57,621 bases of DNA from Sphingomonadaceae bacterium. Its GTDB lineage: Bacteria > Pseudomonadota > Alphaproteobacteria > Sphingomonadales > Sphingomonadaceae. The position numbers and the translations under genes were made by a program. This document shows positions 18,540 through 27,789 of this stretch, one piece after another. The notes beneath the pieces are model-generated. The model did not search any database. It was not told where the DNA came from and saw nothing but the letters and a program-made list of their open reading frames with translations. Numbering within the stretch: position 1 is the stretch's first letter; every line of letters starts with the position of its first letter. Location of the stretch: NCBI GenBank assembly GCA_013001755.1, contig JABDLY010000024.1, positions 1-57,621 of the forward strand. Direction: 5' to 3'.

Positions 18540-18553
18540 CGTAGCATTGCGTA
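18540..18553 (+). promoter_or_regulatory. Island motif copy (candidate FixJ site)
   Basis: CGTA-GCATTG-CGTA upstream of hsp20. Confidence 0.65.
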
Positions 18554-18637
18554 TGGAGATGCGGCGGGCCGGGCCATAATTTCCGCGATACCGGGAATGC
18601 AGGAATTGCACCCGGCCCGTTTGCAAGGAGGTGAAAC

Positions 18638-19153
18638 ATGACAACGAAATCTTCGACCAGCTCCGAACCCATGCTGCCGTCGGCCGATACGGGCGAGGGT
18701 CGCGACCGGCCGCTGGGCTGGTTCCGCGACGAATTCGACCGGTTTGTGGGCGAGCTGCGCCAACCGCATTGGTCGCCTTTCAACTGGTCGCCCGGCAATT
18801 TTGCATTGCAGGGGCTGATGCCGCTGCCGGCGATTGACATGCGCGAGGATGACAAGACCTATCGGCTGAGCGCTGAGCTGCCGGGGCTCGACGAGGAGGA
18901 TATCGAGGTCAACGTCGCCGACGGCATGCTCACCTTGTCGGGCGAGAAGCGCGATGAACGCGACGAGAAGGACAAGGGCTTCATGCTGCGCGAACGGCGC
19001 TACGGCTCGTTCGAACGGCGCGTTACGCTCCCCTCCGATGCCGATCCAGACAATGTGACAGCGAAATTCGATCACGGCGTTCTGACGATTACCGTGGCCA
19101 AGGACGAGAAGGCCGCGGATCGCGTACGTAAGATAGCGATCGAGGCGGGCTGA
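18638..19153 (+). CDS. Hsp20/alpha-crystallin small heat shock protein
   Basis: AELPG...[10 protein letters not shown]...[14 protein letters not shown]...[12 protein letters not shown]; AAGGAGGT SD. Confidence 0.93.
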   Translation: MTTKSSTSSEPMLPSADTGEGRDRPLGWFRDEFDRFVGELRQPHWSPFNWSPGNFALQGLMPLPAIDMREDDKTYRLSAELPGLDEEDIEVNVADGMLTLSGEKRDERDEKDKGFMLRERRYGSFERRVTLPSDADPDNVTAKFDHGVLTITVAKDEKAADRVRKIAIEAG

Positions 19154-19740
19154 TCGCCGGCACGGCCCCGGCTCCTCGCGACCCAGCCGAGGGCCAGGCC
19201 GCGACCATTGCCTTTCTCGAAAGCGGCGATGCGTTCGGGTGTTCGCTCCCACCCGGACGCATCGACACGCATGCAGCGAGCGTGTTTCTCGCCGGCGATA
19301 CGGCCTGGAAGCTCAAGCGTGCGGTAAATCTGGGATATCTCGATTTTTCGACGCCCGAAAAACGCCGCGCGGCGCTCGAAACCGAGCTGCAGCTGAATCG
19401 GCGCACGGCACTCGGCCTCTACCGTGCGGTCCGCCCAATCAATCGTGACACGACCGGCGCTCTCTCGATCGGCGAACCCGGCGAGCCGGTCGACTGGCTG
19501 CTCGAAATGGTACGCTTTCCCGATGGAGCGACGCTCGAGGCGGTCGCCGCGGCCGAAGTGTACGACAAAGACTATTTCGCGAGGCTCGTCCGCCTAGGAT
19601 ATCTTGCGCCGGACATCACTACCGCCATATTGGATGGGCGTCAGCCGGCAACGCTGACCCGCATCCGCCTGGCGAGGATGTCGAAATTGCCGCTCGACTG
19701 GGCGGAGCAGCGGCGGCTGCTCGGGTTCGAAGCCTCTTAA
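19150..19740 (+). pseudogene. Chimera: N-terminus of APH/AAA bifunctional kinase fused to recombinase-type C-terminal tail
   Basis: [31 protein letters not shown]...E..LNRR then [25 protein letters not shown]...[14 protein letters not shown]; junction about 19545. Confidence 0.75.
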
Positions 19741-19940
19741 ATCCGCAACCCCTAAACTAGCATCGCAGGACCGGCTGAATGGTCTCTCCAGAGATCCGCG
19801 CAAATTTTGCGACAGGCTCCTGACGAACGGTCTCTTGGTCAGGCAGCCGCATTCTCGAGGACCCGTAAGCTACCGACATTGCGCGACTTATTGACGGGTC
19901 TGAGACGGAAGCCCAACTCTTTGCGGATTCGGGAAAAGAA

Positions 19941-20016
19941 TGGTGCCCGGGGACAGAATCGAACTGCCGACACCACGATTTTCAGTCGTGTGCTCTACCA
20001 ACTGAGCTACCCGGGC
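19941..20016 (-). tRNA. tRNA-Phe(GAA)
   Basis: GCCCGGGTAGCTCAGTTGGTAGAGC...CTGAAAA...GTTCGATTC...GGGCACCA, 76 nt with encoded CCA. Confidence 0.97.
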
Positions 20017-20058
20017 ATGTCTCGCGGAGGGTCGCGGAAGCGGGCGCTATAGGGCGCT

Positions 20059-20250
20059 TCAGCCGTCGCTGTCCACCCCGTTTTGCGCGGCGATGACGGC
20101 TTCGGGATCGGCGGGCGGGCCCGGCACGCGATAGCCGTCGCCAAGCCATTTCAGCAGGTCGCGATCCTTGCAGCCGCGGCTGCAAAAGGGCTGGAAATCC
20201 TCAGCGGATGGCTGCTTGCAAATCGGGCATTTGGAGGCGCGTTTGGGCAT
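20059..20250 (-). CDS. yacG: DNA gyrase inhibitor YacG
   Basis: CPIC...PFCSRGCKDRDL..W...YRVP. Confidence 0.9.
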   Translation of the reverse strand: MPKRASKCPICKQPSAEDFQPFCSRGCKDRDLLKWLGDGYRVPGPPADPEAVIAAQNGVDSDG

Positions 20251-20287
20251 CACCGCGATATGGCGGCCGCGGCGGCAGGCCGCAAGG

Positions 20288-21511
20288 TCAGGTCTTGCGG
20301 ACCCAATATTCGCTCATCCCGCGAAATGCCGGAATCGCGCGATAGACGGGCTCGCGTGCCGAAGGACGGACATCGGGCATTTTTTTGGCGAGCGCGCCGA
20401 ACAGCTCCTGCGCTTCGAGCCGGGCGAGCGGCGCGCCGAGACAAAAATGCCGTCCGCCGCCAAAGCTGTGATGCTTCTTGTTGGCGCGGAAGATATCGAA
20501 AACGCCGGGATCGTCGTGCACCGCAGGGTCGTGATTGGCCGCCGCCAGCGAAGTCGATACGGTCTCGCCGCGCGCGATCGGACAGCCGCCGATCTCGATA
20601 TCCTCATGTGCGATGCGGCCCGAATTGATGACCGGCGAATCGTAGCGCAGCATCTCCTCGACCGCGTCGGGAAGCAGCGCCGGATCGGCTTTCAGCGCCT
20701 CCCATTGATCGCGATGATCCATCAGCGCTTTCAGGCCGTTGCCGATGAGATCGGTCGTCGTGACGTTGCCGGCGATCAGCAGCAACTGGCATTGCTGGAC
20801 GATCTCGTCTTCGGTCATCCGGTCGCCGTCTTCCTCCGCCGCGACCATCGCACCGATCAGATCGCCCGCTGGTGTCTCGCGCCGTTTGGCAATTTCGCTG
20901 CGGAACAACTGCTGCAGATTCTCGTCGCCTTCCAAGCCCTTTTCGACGATGTCCGCCGGGCGCATGATGTTGAAAAAAGCTTCGGACGAGGCCGCCGACC
21001 AGGCCTTGAAATCGTCGCGCTGATCGGAATCGATACCGAGCATCTCGGCAATGACCGTCGTCGGCAGCGGATCGGCGACGCGCGCCATGAAATCGAACTC
21101 GTCGTCTTCGATCGCATCGAGCAGTTCTTCGGCAATGGCGCGTGTGCGGCTGCGCTGCGCTTCGACGGCGCGCGGCGTAAACGCCTTGTTGATCAGGCCG
21201 CGCAGCCTTTTGTGATCGGGATCGTCGGCCAGCAGCATCGACGGTTCATCGGTATCCTCGCCGTTTCGTGCGACGAGCAGCAAGCGCGAGAAAGTGCCTT
21301 CATTGGCCTTGCGCGGATCGGACCACATATGTTTGTCGCGCAGCACGCGGGCGACATCGGCCTCGCGCGCAAGGTGGAAGCGGCCAAAGGCGGCGTCGTG
21401 CATGACGGGCGCTATTTCGCGGAGCTGCGCAAGAACCGGATAGGGATCGTCGCGAAAAATGGGGTCGAGCGCGGTCAGCGCCGGGCCTTGGGGGATATCT
21501 TCATCTGCCAT
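20288..21511 (-). CDS. Cytochrome P450
   Basis: FGGGRHFCLG heme motif; EEMLR ExxR; I-helix LIAGNVTT. Confidence 0.93.
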   Translation of the reverse strand: MADEDIPQGPALTALDPIFRDDPYPVLAQLREIAPVMHDAAFGRFHLAREADVARVLRDKHMWSDPRKANEGTFSRLLLVARNGEDTDEPSMLLADDPDHKRLRGLINKAFTPRAVEAQRSRTRAIAEELLDAIEDDEFDFMARVADPLPTTVIAEMLGIDSDQRDDFKAWSAASSEAFFNIMRPADIVEKGLEGDENLQQLFRSEIAKRRETPAGDLIGAMVAAEEDGDRMTEDEIVQQCQLLLIAGNVTTTDLIGNGLKALMDHRDQWEALKADPALLPDAVEEMLRYDSPVINSGRIAHEDIEIGGCPIARGETVSTSLAAANHDPAVHDDPGVFDIFRANKKHHSFGGGRHFCLGAPLARLEAQELFGALAKKMPDVRPSAREPVYRAIPAFRGMSEYWVRKT

Positions 21512-21598
21512 GGCGATCCTTTCGCAACAGGAGCGAAAACTTACACCAATGTCAGCAGCAACGCAGCCCCAAAATTTGAGGTTCGATCGGTTTCCCGT

Positions 21599-22651
21599 TC
21601 AAATCAATGACAGGCTGTCGAGATCGAGCGCCATTTGGGCGGGCCTTTCGGCCATCGCCGCGAACATCGCATCGCCGCGTTCGGTCTGTTCGACATGGAG
21701 CGCGGCGTTGATCGCCATGACGAAACCGGCAAAGGCGGCGCGGCGGTATTCCTGCCAGAATGAATCGAATTCCGCCGGTGCGCCAAGCGTTTCGCGCCGT
21801 GCGAGATAGGCGCGGATCAGTCCGCGTTCTTCGCGCGCGCGTTCGTCGGCATCGGCAAAACTGGTACCGATCATATAGGCGATATCGCTCGCCGCATGAC
21901 CGATCGAGACGGTCTGCCAGTCGACAAGGATCGCCGTCTCGCCGCCATCGTCGAACAGGATATTGTCGAGCCGCATATCGTTATGCGTGATGCAGGGATT
22001 CTCGGGATCGCGATCGACATAGTTGTCGATCCTGTCGATCAGCGCCTGGCCGAGATCGAGCACATCTTCGCTGAGCAGATCGGCGAAACGTTTGCGGAAG
22101 GCGGGGTAGCTCGCCGGAAGCGATTGGCGCAGATAGCCGCCATTCGTCGTGCTGTGGAGCAGCCAGCTATATTGTTCGAGATCACCGCTTTCGGGCCGCC
22201 AGCTGTGCAGCATGGCCGCCTCATCGAGCGTCGAGCGGACCTGGGCGAGGCTGGCGCCGGCGAGCTGATCGCCCTGCTTCGCCGGCGCCATGTCGCGGAG
22301 CAAAAGCGCGAATTGCTGTTCATCCTCGCCGATCGCGGCGTAATAGGGCTCGGGACAGCTGACGCCGCTTTGCGCCGCGACATCGCGATACCAGCCGACT
22401 TCCATGTCGTAGAGATGGAAGATCGCCGCCGCGCCTCGGCTTGTCGGATCGGCGCTCGGGCATTTAGCGACGAAGGTGGTGGGCAGGCCGTTTTCGGCCC
22501 AGTCGCAGTGGAAGCGATAGCTGTCGCAGACTTGTCCTGTGCCGACGGGCTTATGAGTAAGCGAACGGAGCGACCCGGCAGGCGCATCGAACACGGTCTC
22601 GACCCAGTCGCGTTCGAATTCTTCGGGCCGTGTCGGGAAGTCGCGGCTCAT
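21599..22651 (-). CDS. Phosphotransferase (APH/EcKL-like small-molecule kinase)
   Basis: VGTGQ, FVAK, THNDMRLDN, LVDWQ. Confidence 0.85.
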   Translation of the reverse strand: MSRDFPTRPEEFERDWVETVFDAPAGSLRSLTHKPVGTGQVCDSYRFHCDWAENGLPTTFVAKCPSADPTSRGAAAIFHLYDMEVGWYRDVAAQSGVSCPEPYYAAIGEDEQQFALLLRDMAPAKQGDQLAGASLAQVRSTLDEAAMLHSWRPESGDLEQYSWLLHSTTNGGYLRQSLPASYPAFRKRFADLLSEDVLDLGQALIDRIDNYVDRDPENPCITHNDMRLDNILFDDGGETAILVDWQTVSIGHAASDIAYMIGTSFADADERAREERGLIRAYLARRETLGAPAEFDSFWQEYRRAAFAGFVMAINAALHVEQTERGDAMFAAMAERPAQMALDLDSLSLI

Positions 22652-23739
22652 CCGGCAGGGTCCATCATACCGGAAAGGCCGCTGCTGGCATGCGGCCCGA
22701 TAAACAGCTGCTCGACGACGCCGGTGCCGCGATGCTCTTCTCCGCCGAGCGTCAATGCCGCCTCGGCGAGCGCCTGGATGTGGATATAGAGCTGCTCCAT
22801 GCCGTTGACGCTCGCGGTGTCGATCGCATCATAGGCCGTCTTGAACGCGCCATGGTCGCGGCCATGGCCCCAATCGGGATGCATATAGCCGAGCCCCGAC
22901 ATATAGAAGTTGAGATCGCCGGGCTTCAGGACGAGCTTCGCGTCTTCGGCAAGATCGACAGCCAGGCGCTCGACGCGGCGCGTGCCGCTGGCATAGCTTA
23001 CATCATAACCGATCCCGTCGAATTCGCGCTCCTCGCCGCCGACAGGACAGACAACCGCGCGGCGGTTCCACCCTTCGCCCTCGCCATCGTCGTTCGAATG
23101 GAAGAAGACGGTGTGATCATCGAAGTTGAGCGGTGTCCAGAGCCAGTAGAATTGCGGCATCGCGCCCAGCGGCGGCGGCTGGCTGTCGCCCGCGCCGACC
23201 GGGCGAATGCCCCAGCTCCGGTCGCGCGTACCACGATGCGTTGCGGGATCGAGCGCATAGTCGGTGCCATCGAGCGAGATCGTGCCGGACCAGCCGCCAT
23301 TTTGCGTCAACCTCGTATAATCCATGAAGATGCGCGGCCCGTTACGCCGGATGAAGCGCGGCTCCTCGATCGGTGCATGGCGCGCGTCGAAAACGATATC
23401 GGCGGTGATCGGACTGTCGTTGCCGCTAACCACGATACGCAGCTTCTCGAGCGGTTCGACGATCTTCACCCGGACCGGGCCTACGCTCAGATCGAGCCGT
23501 TCGAAACCCATCCGCCGCGAGGCGCGGACATTGTGCTGGACGCCGTCGACGAGCAGGCAGAAGCTCGCGTCGATGATATCGAGCGCCGGGTATATCCCCA
23601 TCGCGGCGGCGAAGAAGACGCTGCCATCGGCGCTATAGCCGTTGAAGAAATAGCGATCGTAAAAATTGCGCTCGGCGTCCGCATAGGCGATCGGCTCGGG
23701 CGTCTGGTGCAGCGGGTAATCGTCGCCCTTGGTCAGCAT
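22648..23739 (-). CDS. Conserved hypothetical protein
   Basis: DDYPLHQTPEP...FYDRYFFNG, RDRSWGIR; ATGA overlap with the kinase gene. Confidence 0.8.
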   Translation of the reverse strand: MLTKGDDYPLHQTPEPIAYADAERNFYDRYFFNGYSADGSVFFAAAMGIYPALDIIDASFCLLVDGVQHNVRASRRMGFERLDLSVGPVRVKIVEPLEKLRIVVSGNDSPITADIVFDARHAPIEEPRFIRRNGPRIFMDYTRLTQNGGWSGTISLDGTDYALDPATHRGTRDRSWGIRPVGAGDSQPPPLGAMPQFYWLWTPLNFDDHTVFFHSNDDGEGEGWNRRAVVCPVGGEEREFDGIGYDVSYASGTRRVERLAVDLAEDAKLVLKPGDLNFYMSGLGYMHPDWGHGRDHGAFKTAYDAIDTASVNGMEQLYIHIQALAEAALTLGGEEHRGTGVVEQLFIGPHASSGLSGMMDPAG

Positions 23740-23790
23740 CGAAGGCTCCTCTCGCGGGCGACGATGGCACAAAGCGAAGGATGCGCAAAG

Positions 23791-24798
23791 TCAGGGATGA
23801 GTAGCGCTGATCTCACCTGAATGAAGCGCGATGGCGGGATGACTCTGCAATTTGACGCCGGCGCCAAGCCGCCGTTCGAGCGCGGCGAGCCATTCGGGCT
23901 TGTTTTCGAGATAGCCGATGATCGCCGGGTGCGCAGATATCGTGCGGTCGCCCTTGCCTTTCGAACGCTCGGCGCGGCGCAGGAGCGCGCACGTTGCAAA
24001 GCCGGCATCGCCGGACTGAGCAAGCTCCAGCAGCGAAGGCCGGGCATGGCGGCGGACTATCTGCAGGAAACCGAAGCCGTTGACGGCCGTGCGTTCGAAG
24101 GGCCGGGGAAGGGTTTCATCGAGCGCGGCGGCGGCAGCCTGTCGATCGCCCTTCGCTTCGAGCGTCGGCAGGTCGATGCCGATCGAACCGGCAATGCCGA
24201 AGCGGCGAATGGCTCCGCCGCCGGCCCGCGCTCCCGCGACCGCGAGTTCGGCGGGCGGCAGCGCGCCATCGACATCGATCACCGTCATCGCGGGAGTCAG
24301 CGATATGCGCAGCGCTCCGCCGGAAAAACGGACAACGCCGCTGCGCGCCTGTTCGAGCAGTTCATACCAACCAGCTTCCTCGAGCGTATCGGGGTGGTGC
24401 GAGGCGAGATCGCGTACCGAGTGGCCGGTTGCGCTGAGCTGTTGGCGTAGCGATAGCGCCGCACGCGCTTCGTCGGCTTCGGGCCGGTGCTTCGCCTTGG
24501 CGAGCTTTACGCCCCAGTTTTCGACGATCCGTTCGCGAGCGATCTTGACAAAAAGCGAAGCGCCTTCAGTCACGCCCGTCGGCGCGGGCTCGATAAGCGC
24601 CTCTTCGCCATTATCGATCGTCAGTTTGCCGCATCGCCCGCCTGCCGTAATTTCGGAGAGTTTCGCGCCAATGATCGCTCCTGCGCGCGCCGTTTCGCGT
24701 TCGGGCTCGATCCGCGCTTCGACGATCGCGCCGTCCTCGACCAGCGCCGCGCGCTCCTCGCCGATCCCGGCTTCGTAGAGCCATTCAGCCAAGATCAT
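23791..24798 (-). CDS. Ribonuclease E/G family protein (short form)
   Basis: TPAMTVIDVDG, GSIGIDLP, GFGFLQIVR; overlaps maf. Confidence 0.8.
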   Translation of the reverse strand: MILAEWLYEAGIGEERAALVEDGAIVEARIEPERETARAGAIIGAKLSEITAGGRCGKLTIDNGEEALIEPAPTGVTEGASLFVKIARERIVENWGVKLAKAKHRPEADEARAALSLRQQLSATGHSVRDLASHHPDTLEEAGWYELLEQARSGVVRFSGGALRISLTPAMTVIDVDGALPPAELAVAGARAGGGAIRRFGIAGSIGIDLPTLEAKGDRQAAAAALDETLPRPFERTAVNGFGFLQIVRRHARPSLLELAQSGDAGFATCALLRRAERSKGKGDRTISAHPAIIGYLENKPEWLAALERRLGAGVKLQSHPAIALHSGEISATHP

Positions 24799-25363
24799 AT
24801 CCCGCGCTCGTCAGCAGCGCGCGCGTTTCGAAAAGCGGCAGGCCGACCACGCCCGAATGGCTGCCAGAGAGGAAACGCACCCAGGCTTCGGCGCGGCCCT
24901 GGATCGCATAGCCACCGGCCTTGCCCTGCCATTCGCCGGTGACGAGATAGGCGGCGATATCGGCCTCGGTCAGCCGCTTGAAGATGACGATCGTCTCCGA
25001 GAGCCGATGCCGCGCCGTGCCTCCGCCATCGACCAATACGACCGCGGAAAACACCCGGTGACGGCGGCCCGAGAGCAAGGCCAGGCATCGCCGCGCTTCG
25101 GCTTCGCTTTCCGCCTTCGGCAAAATCCGGCGGCCCGCGGCGACGACCGTATCGGCCGCGAGCACCAGATCGCCTTTGTGATCGGGCGCCACCGCCGCCG
25201 CTTTTTCCGCTGACATACGCTTGGCGTATTCGCGGGGAAGCTCGCCGCGCCCCGGCGTCTCGTCGATGTCGGCAGGGACGACCGCAGCGGGCGTCACGCC
25301 GATCCGCGCGAGCAAATCGCGGCGGCGCGGGCTGGCGGAGGCGAGGATAAGGCGCATTGCCAT
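24785..25363 (-). CDS. maf: Maf family nucleotide pyrophosphatase
   Basis: LILASASPRRR, AADTVV, KAGGYAIQG, VVGLP. Confidence 0.93.
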   Translation of the reverse strand: MAMRLILASASPRRRDLLARIGVTPAAVVPADIDETPGRGELPREYAKRMSAEKAAAVAPDHKGDLVLAADTVVAAGRRILPKAESEAEARRCLALLSGRRHRVFSAVVLVDGGGTARHRLSETIVIFKRLTEADIAAYLVTGEWQGKAGGYAIQGRAEAWVRFLSGSHSGVVGLPLFETRALLTSAGYDLG

Positions 25364-25375
25364 GCGCGGCGCGGT

Positions 25376-25594
25376 TTACTTGAACCGGTAGGTGATACGG
25401 CCCTTGGTCAGGTCGTAAGGGGTCATCTCGACGAGCACTTCGTCGCCGACAAGGACGCGGATGCGGTTCTTGCGCATCTTGCCGGCCGTGTGGCCGAGGA
25501 TCTCGTGATCATTTTCGAGCTTCACACGGAACATCGCATTGGGGAGCAGCTCCACCACATGCCCGCGCATCTCAAGCAGTTCTTCTTTCGCCAT
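25376..25594 (-). CDS. infA: Translation initiation factor IF-1
   Basis: MAKEE...LPNAMFRV...[13 protein letters not shown]. Confidence 0.98.
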   Translation of the reverse strand: MAKEELLEMRGHVVELLPNAMFRVKLENDHEILGHTAGKMRKNRIRVLVGDEVLVEMTPYDLTKGRITYRFK

Positions 25595-25663
25595 AAAATC
25601 TCATATAGTGCCGTAAATCCGCCGCGCCATAGCGGGCGAAGCCGCGAAAGGGAAGCGAAAGCC

Positions 25664-26545
25664 TTAGTTTCGGCCCGCCATGCGCCGCGCCTTGTCGATC
25701 GCGCGCCAGGCAAACGATTTTGCGCGGTTCGGATGCGGAAAGCGCTTGGGAGCAGCAGGATTAAGCCCGCACCGGCGAAGCAGCGCGTTCATTTCGCGCG
25801 CATACATTTCGTGATAGGCCCATTCGCTCTGCCAGGTGATCGACAGCGAAACCGAGGTTCCGGGCCCGTTCTGCACCCAATGCGGCGCCTTGACGGGGAC
25901 ATAGATCGCCTGGCCGGGCGCCAGTTCGAATGGCTCGCCCCTGGCCGCGAACTCATCGCGCCAGTCGAGATTGCGGTGGCCGCCGGCATGGAAGGCCTCA
26001 TGCGCCGTGCCGGGCGTCAGGTCGTCGTCACCGACGGGGAAAACGGTCATCACTTTCGATCCGCGCAACTGGAGCAGGATGTTATGTTCCGGATCCATAT
26101 GGAAGGGCGTCACGGCGCCCGGCGATGAGACGAAGATAAAGCCTTCGAGCTTCATCATCTCGCCGGTAACGGCGCGTACGGCCGGTTCGATCTCGGCGAG
26201 CGTTTCGTGGAGCAAAGCCTTATAGGTTGCGTTCTGCTCGATGAATTTGAGCACCATCCAGCTGTCATTGCTCTCGATATTTTCAAGCGTTTCGGCAATG
26301 CCGAGGCCGTTATCGGGTATATCGACAGGATCGATTCCGACCGGCAGGTCGGCGCGGTTATATTCGACATCCACTTCGCGCATCGACAACGCCAGCTTGC
26401 CCAGCGCCTCGAAACTCAACAGCGGATGATCGCGCATCTCGTGATCGAGCCGGCAGGGCGTTTCAGGATAGGCGGCGCGTAAACTGGTTAGCGCGCCCTC
26501 GCCAAATACCGGCGTTTGCGCCGCGACCCGCGTTTCCATGTTCAT
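25664..26545 (-). CDS. Cupin/JmjC-like Fe(II)/2-oxoglutarate-type oxygenase
   Basis: VTPFHMDPEHN (HxD) and APHWVQN distal His; ATGA overlap with upstream GNAT. Confidence 0.75.
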   Translation of the reverse strand: MNMETRVAAQTPVFGEGALTSLRAAYPETPCRLDHEMRDHPLLSFEALGKLALSMREVDVEYNRADLPVGIDPVDIPDNGLGIAETLENIESNDSWMVLKFIEQNATYKALLHETLAEIEPAVRAVTGEMMKLEGFIFVSSPGAVTPFHMDPEHNILLQLRGSKVMTVFPVGDDDLTPGTAHEAFHAGGHRNLDWRDEFAARGEPFELAPGQAIYVPVKAPHWVQNGPGTSVSLSITWQSEWAYHEMYAREMNALLRRCGLNPAAPKRFPHPNRAKSFAWRAIDKARRMAGRN

Positions 26546-27768
26546 GAGGAACGCTTCCGTAACTTGCCGAGCATTGTCTTCGCCCGGCCAAAGCCGTTTT
26601 CGACGGCACGGCAGGCGTGAAAGATCGCGCGGTTGCGCCGGCCCTGCAGCGGCAGCGTGACACGCACGATGCGGCGGCGTGCTTGCCACAGGCTGTCGAT
26701 CATCGGATGGTCCTGCGAAGCGCAGCTATCGATCCACTCGATATCGCGGCGTTCGAGAATTCTGAGATTATAGCGTTCGATCAGGACGCCGGGCGAATAA
26801 TGCGCATAGTCCTCGTCAAAGGCGATCTTGAACGAATATCCGCCGGGCGCGGCGAGAAAGTTGATCAGCATCGCGATCGGCCGGCCATCGAGATCGAGCC
26901 GATGGAAATCGAGCTTTCGGGCGCGATGGCCACCGAGACAGGCGTCGCGGAAAAAGGCGGCGACATTCGCGTTGCACGCCAGCGCCGAACCGGCCGCGCC
27001 CTTCCAGCCTTTGCGTTCGAGCGCAAGAAAGGCATCGATCCATGGTGCCGCCTCCTCAGTGGCCCCAAGCGTCGCAAAGGCCAGATCGCCCTGTTCGGCG
27101 AGGCGATTGGATAGCCGGTTGATCTCCTTGCGCTTTTTCTTGCGAACGGCCCCGGCCCAATAAACTTCCGGCGCAAGGTCCGATCGCAGCAGCGCGCGCT
27201 CGACGCGGTGAACGGTATCGCAGCGTTTCGCTGCCGATTTCAGGCCGCGGTGCAGCGGACCATTTTCGACCAGACCGTCGATATGGAGCAATCCCGTCGC
27301 CCAATCGCGATCGTCGAGCGCGGAGAGCAATGTCGACCAGAAGCCGGTCTCGATCCCGCGGCGAACCATCGGCGTTCCGAGAAAGGCATTGTCATGCCGC
27401 CAATTCTGGACATTGCGAACCGGGATGCGGCCGTAATGCGATTTGACCGTCAGCGGCAGCAATCCGGCCAGCAGACCATCGGACGAGGTTACGACCGCAA
27501 TCCGGACGTTGGCCGTATCGGCGAGATGGTGCAGCGACGGCCCGAGAAACCAGCGTTCGGCAAAAACATTGGGTTGGGCGGCCTCGTCGGCGAGCACGTC
27601 CCATTGCGAAACGATCTCGGCGGGCAGCGCGTCCGGCGGGTAGAAATGGCAGCTGAGGCAGGCCGGGGCGCCGGCAGTCACGGGAAAAGCCGCGGGCGCA
27701 GCGAACCGTTTCGGCTCCGCCACCCCGCGCCTGTCCCATGATCCTGCAATTGCCGTTTCGGCGTTCAT
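26542..27768 (-). CDS. GNAT acetyltransferase, CelD/BcsL (HfsK-like) type
   Basis: FLALE.KGWKG..GSA, FKIAFDEDYA.YSPG motifs. Confidence 0.8.
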   Translation of the reverse strand: MNAETAIAGSWDRRGVAEPKRFAAPAAFPVTAGAPACLSCHFYPPDALPAEIVSQWDVLADEAAQPNVFAERWFLGPSLHHLADTANVRIAVVTSSDGLLAGLLPLTVKSHYGRIPVRNVQNWRHDNAFLGTPMVRRGIETGFWSTLLSALDDRDWATGLLHIDGLVENGPLHRGLKSAAKRCDTVHRVERALLRSDLAPEVYWAGAVRKKKRKEINRLSNRLAEQGDLAFATLGATEEAAPWIDAFLALERKGWKGAAGSALACNANVAAFFRDACLGGHRARKLDFHRLDLDGRPIAMLINFLAAPGGYSFKIAFDEDYAHYSPGVLIERYNLRILERRDIEWIDSCASQDHPMIDSLWQARRRIVRVTLPLQGRRNRAIFHACRAVENGFGRAKTMLGKLRKRSS

Positions 27769-27789
27769 CGGCGCGTTCTCCCAGCCTGC

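Larger units (their letters stand above)
1..19940. mobile_element. Right part of a decayed genomic island integrated at the 3' end of tRNA-Phe (left end outside window)
   Basis: Abuts tRNA 3' end; last ORF ends in a recombinase-type tail; several pseudogenes, deletion junctions and duplicated fixJ/usp genes; core gene order resumes after the tRNA. Confidence 0.75.

Noticed and set aside
20168-24778. Long plus-strand ORFs (480, 297, 396, 232 aa) opposite the P450 cassette and RNase gene
   Set aside because: Antisense shadows with no recognisable domains
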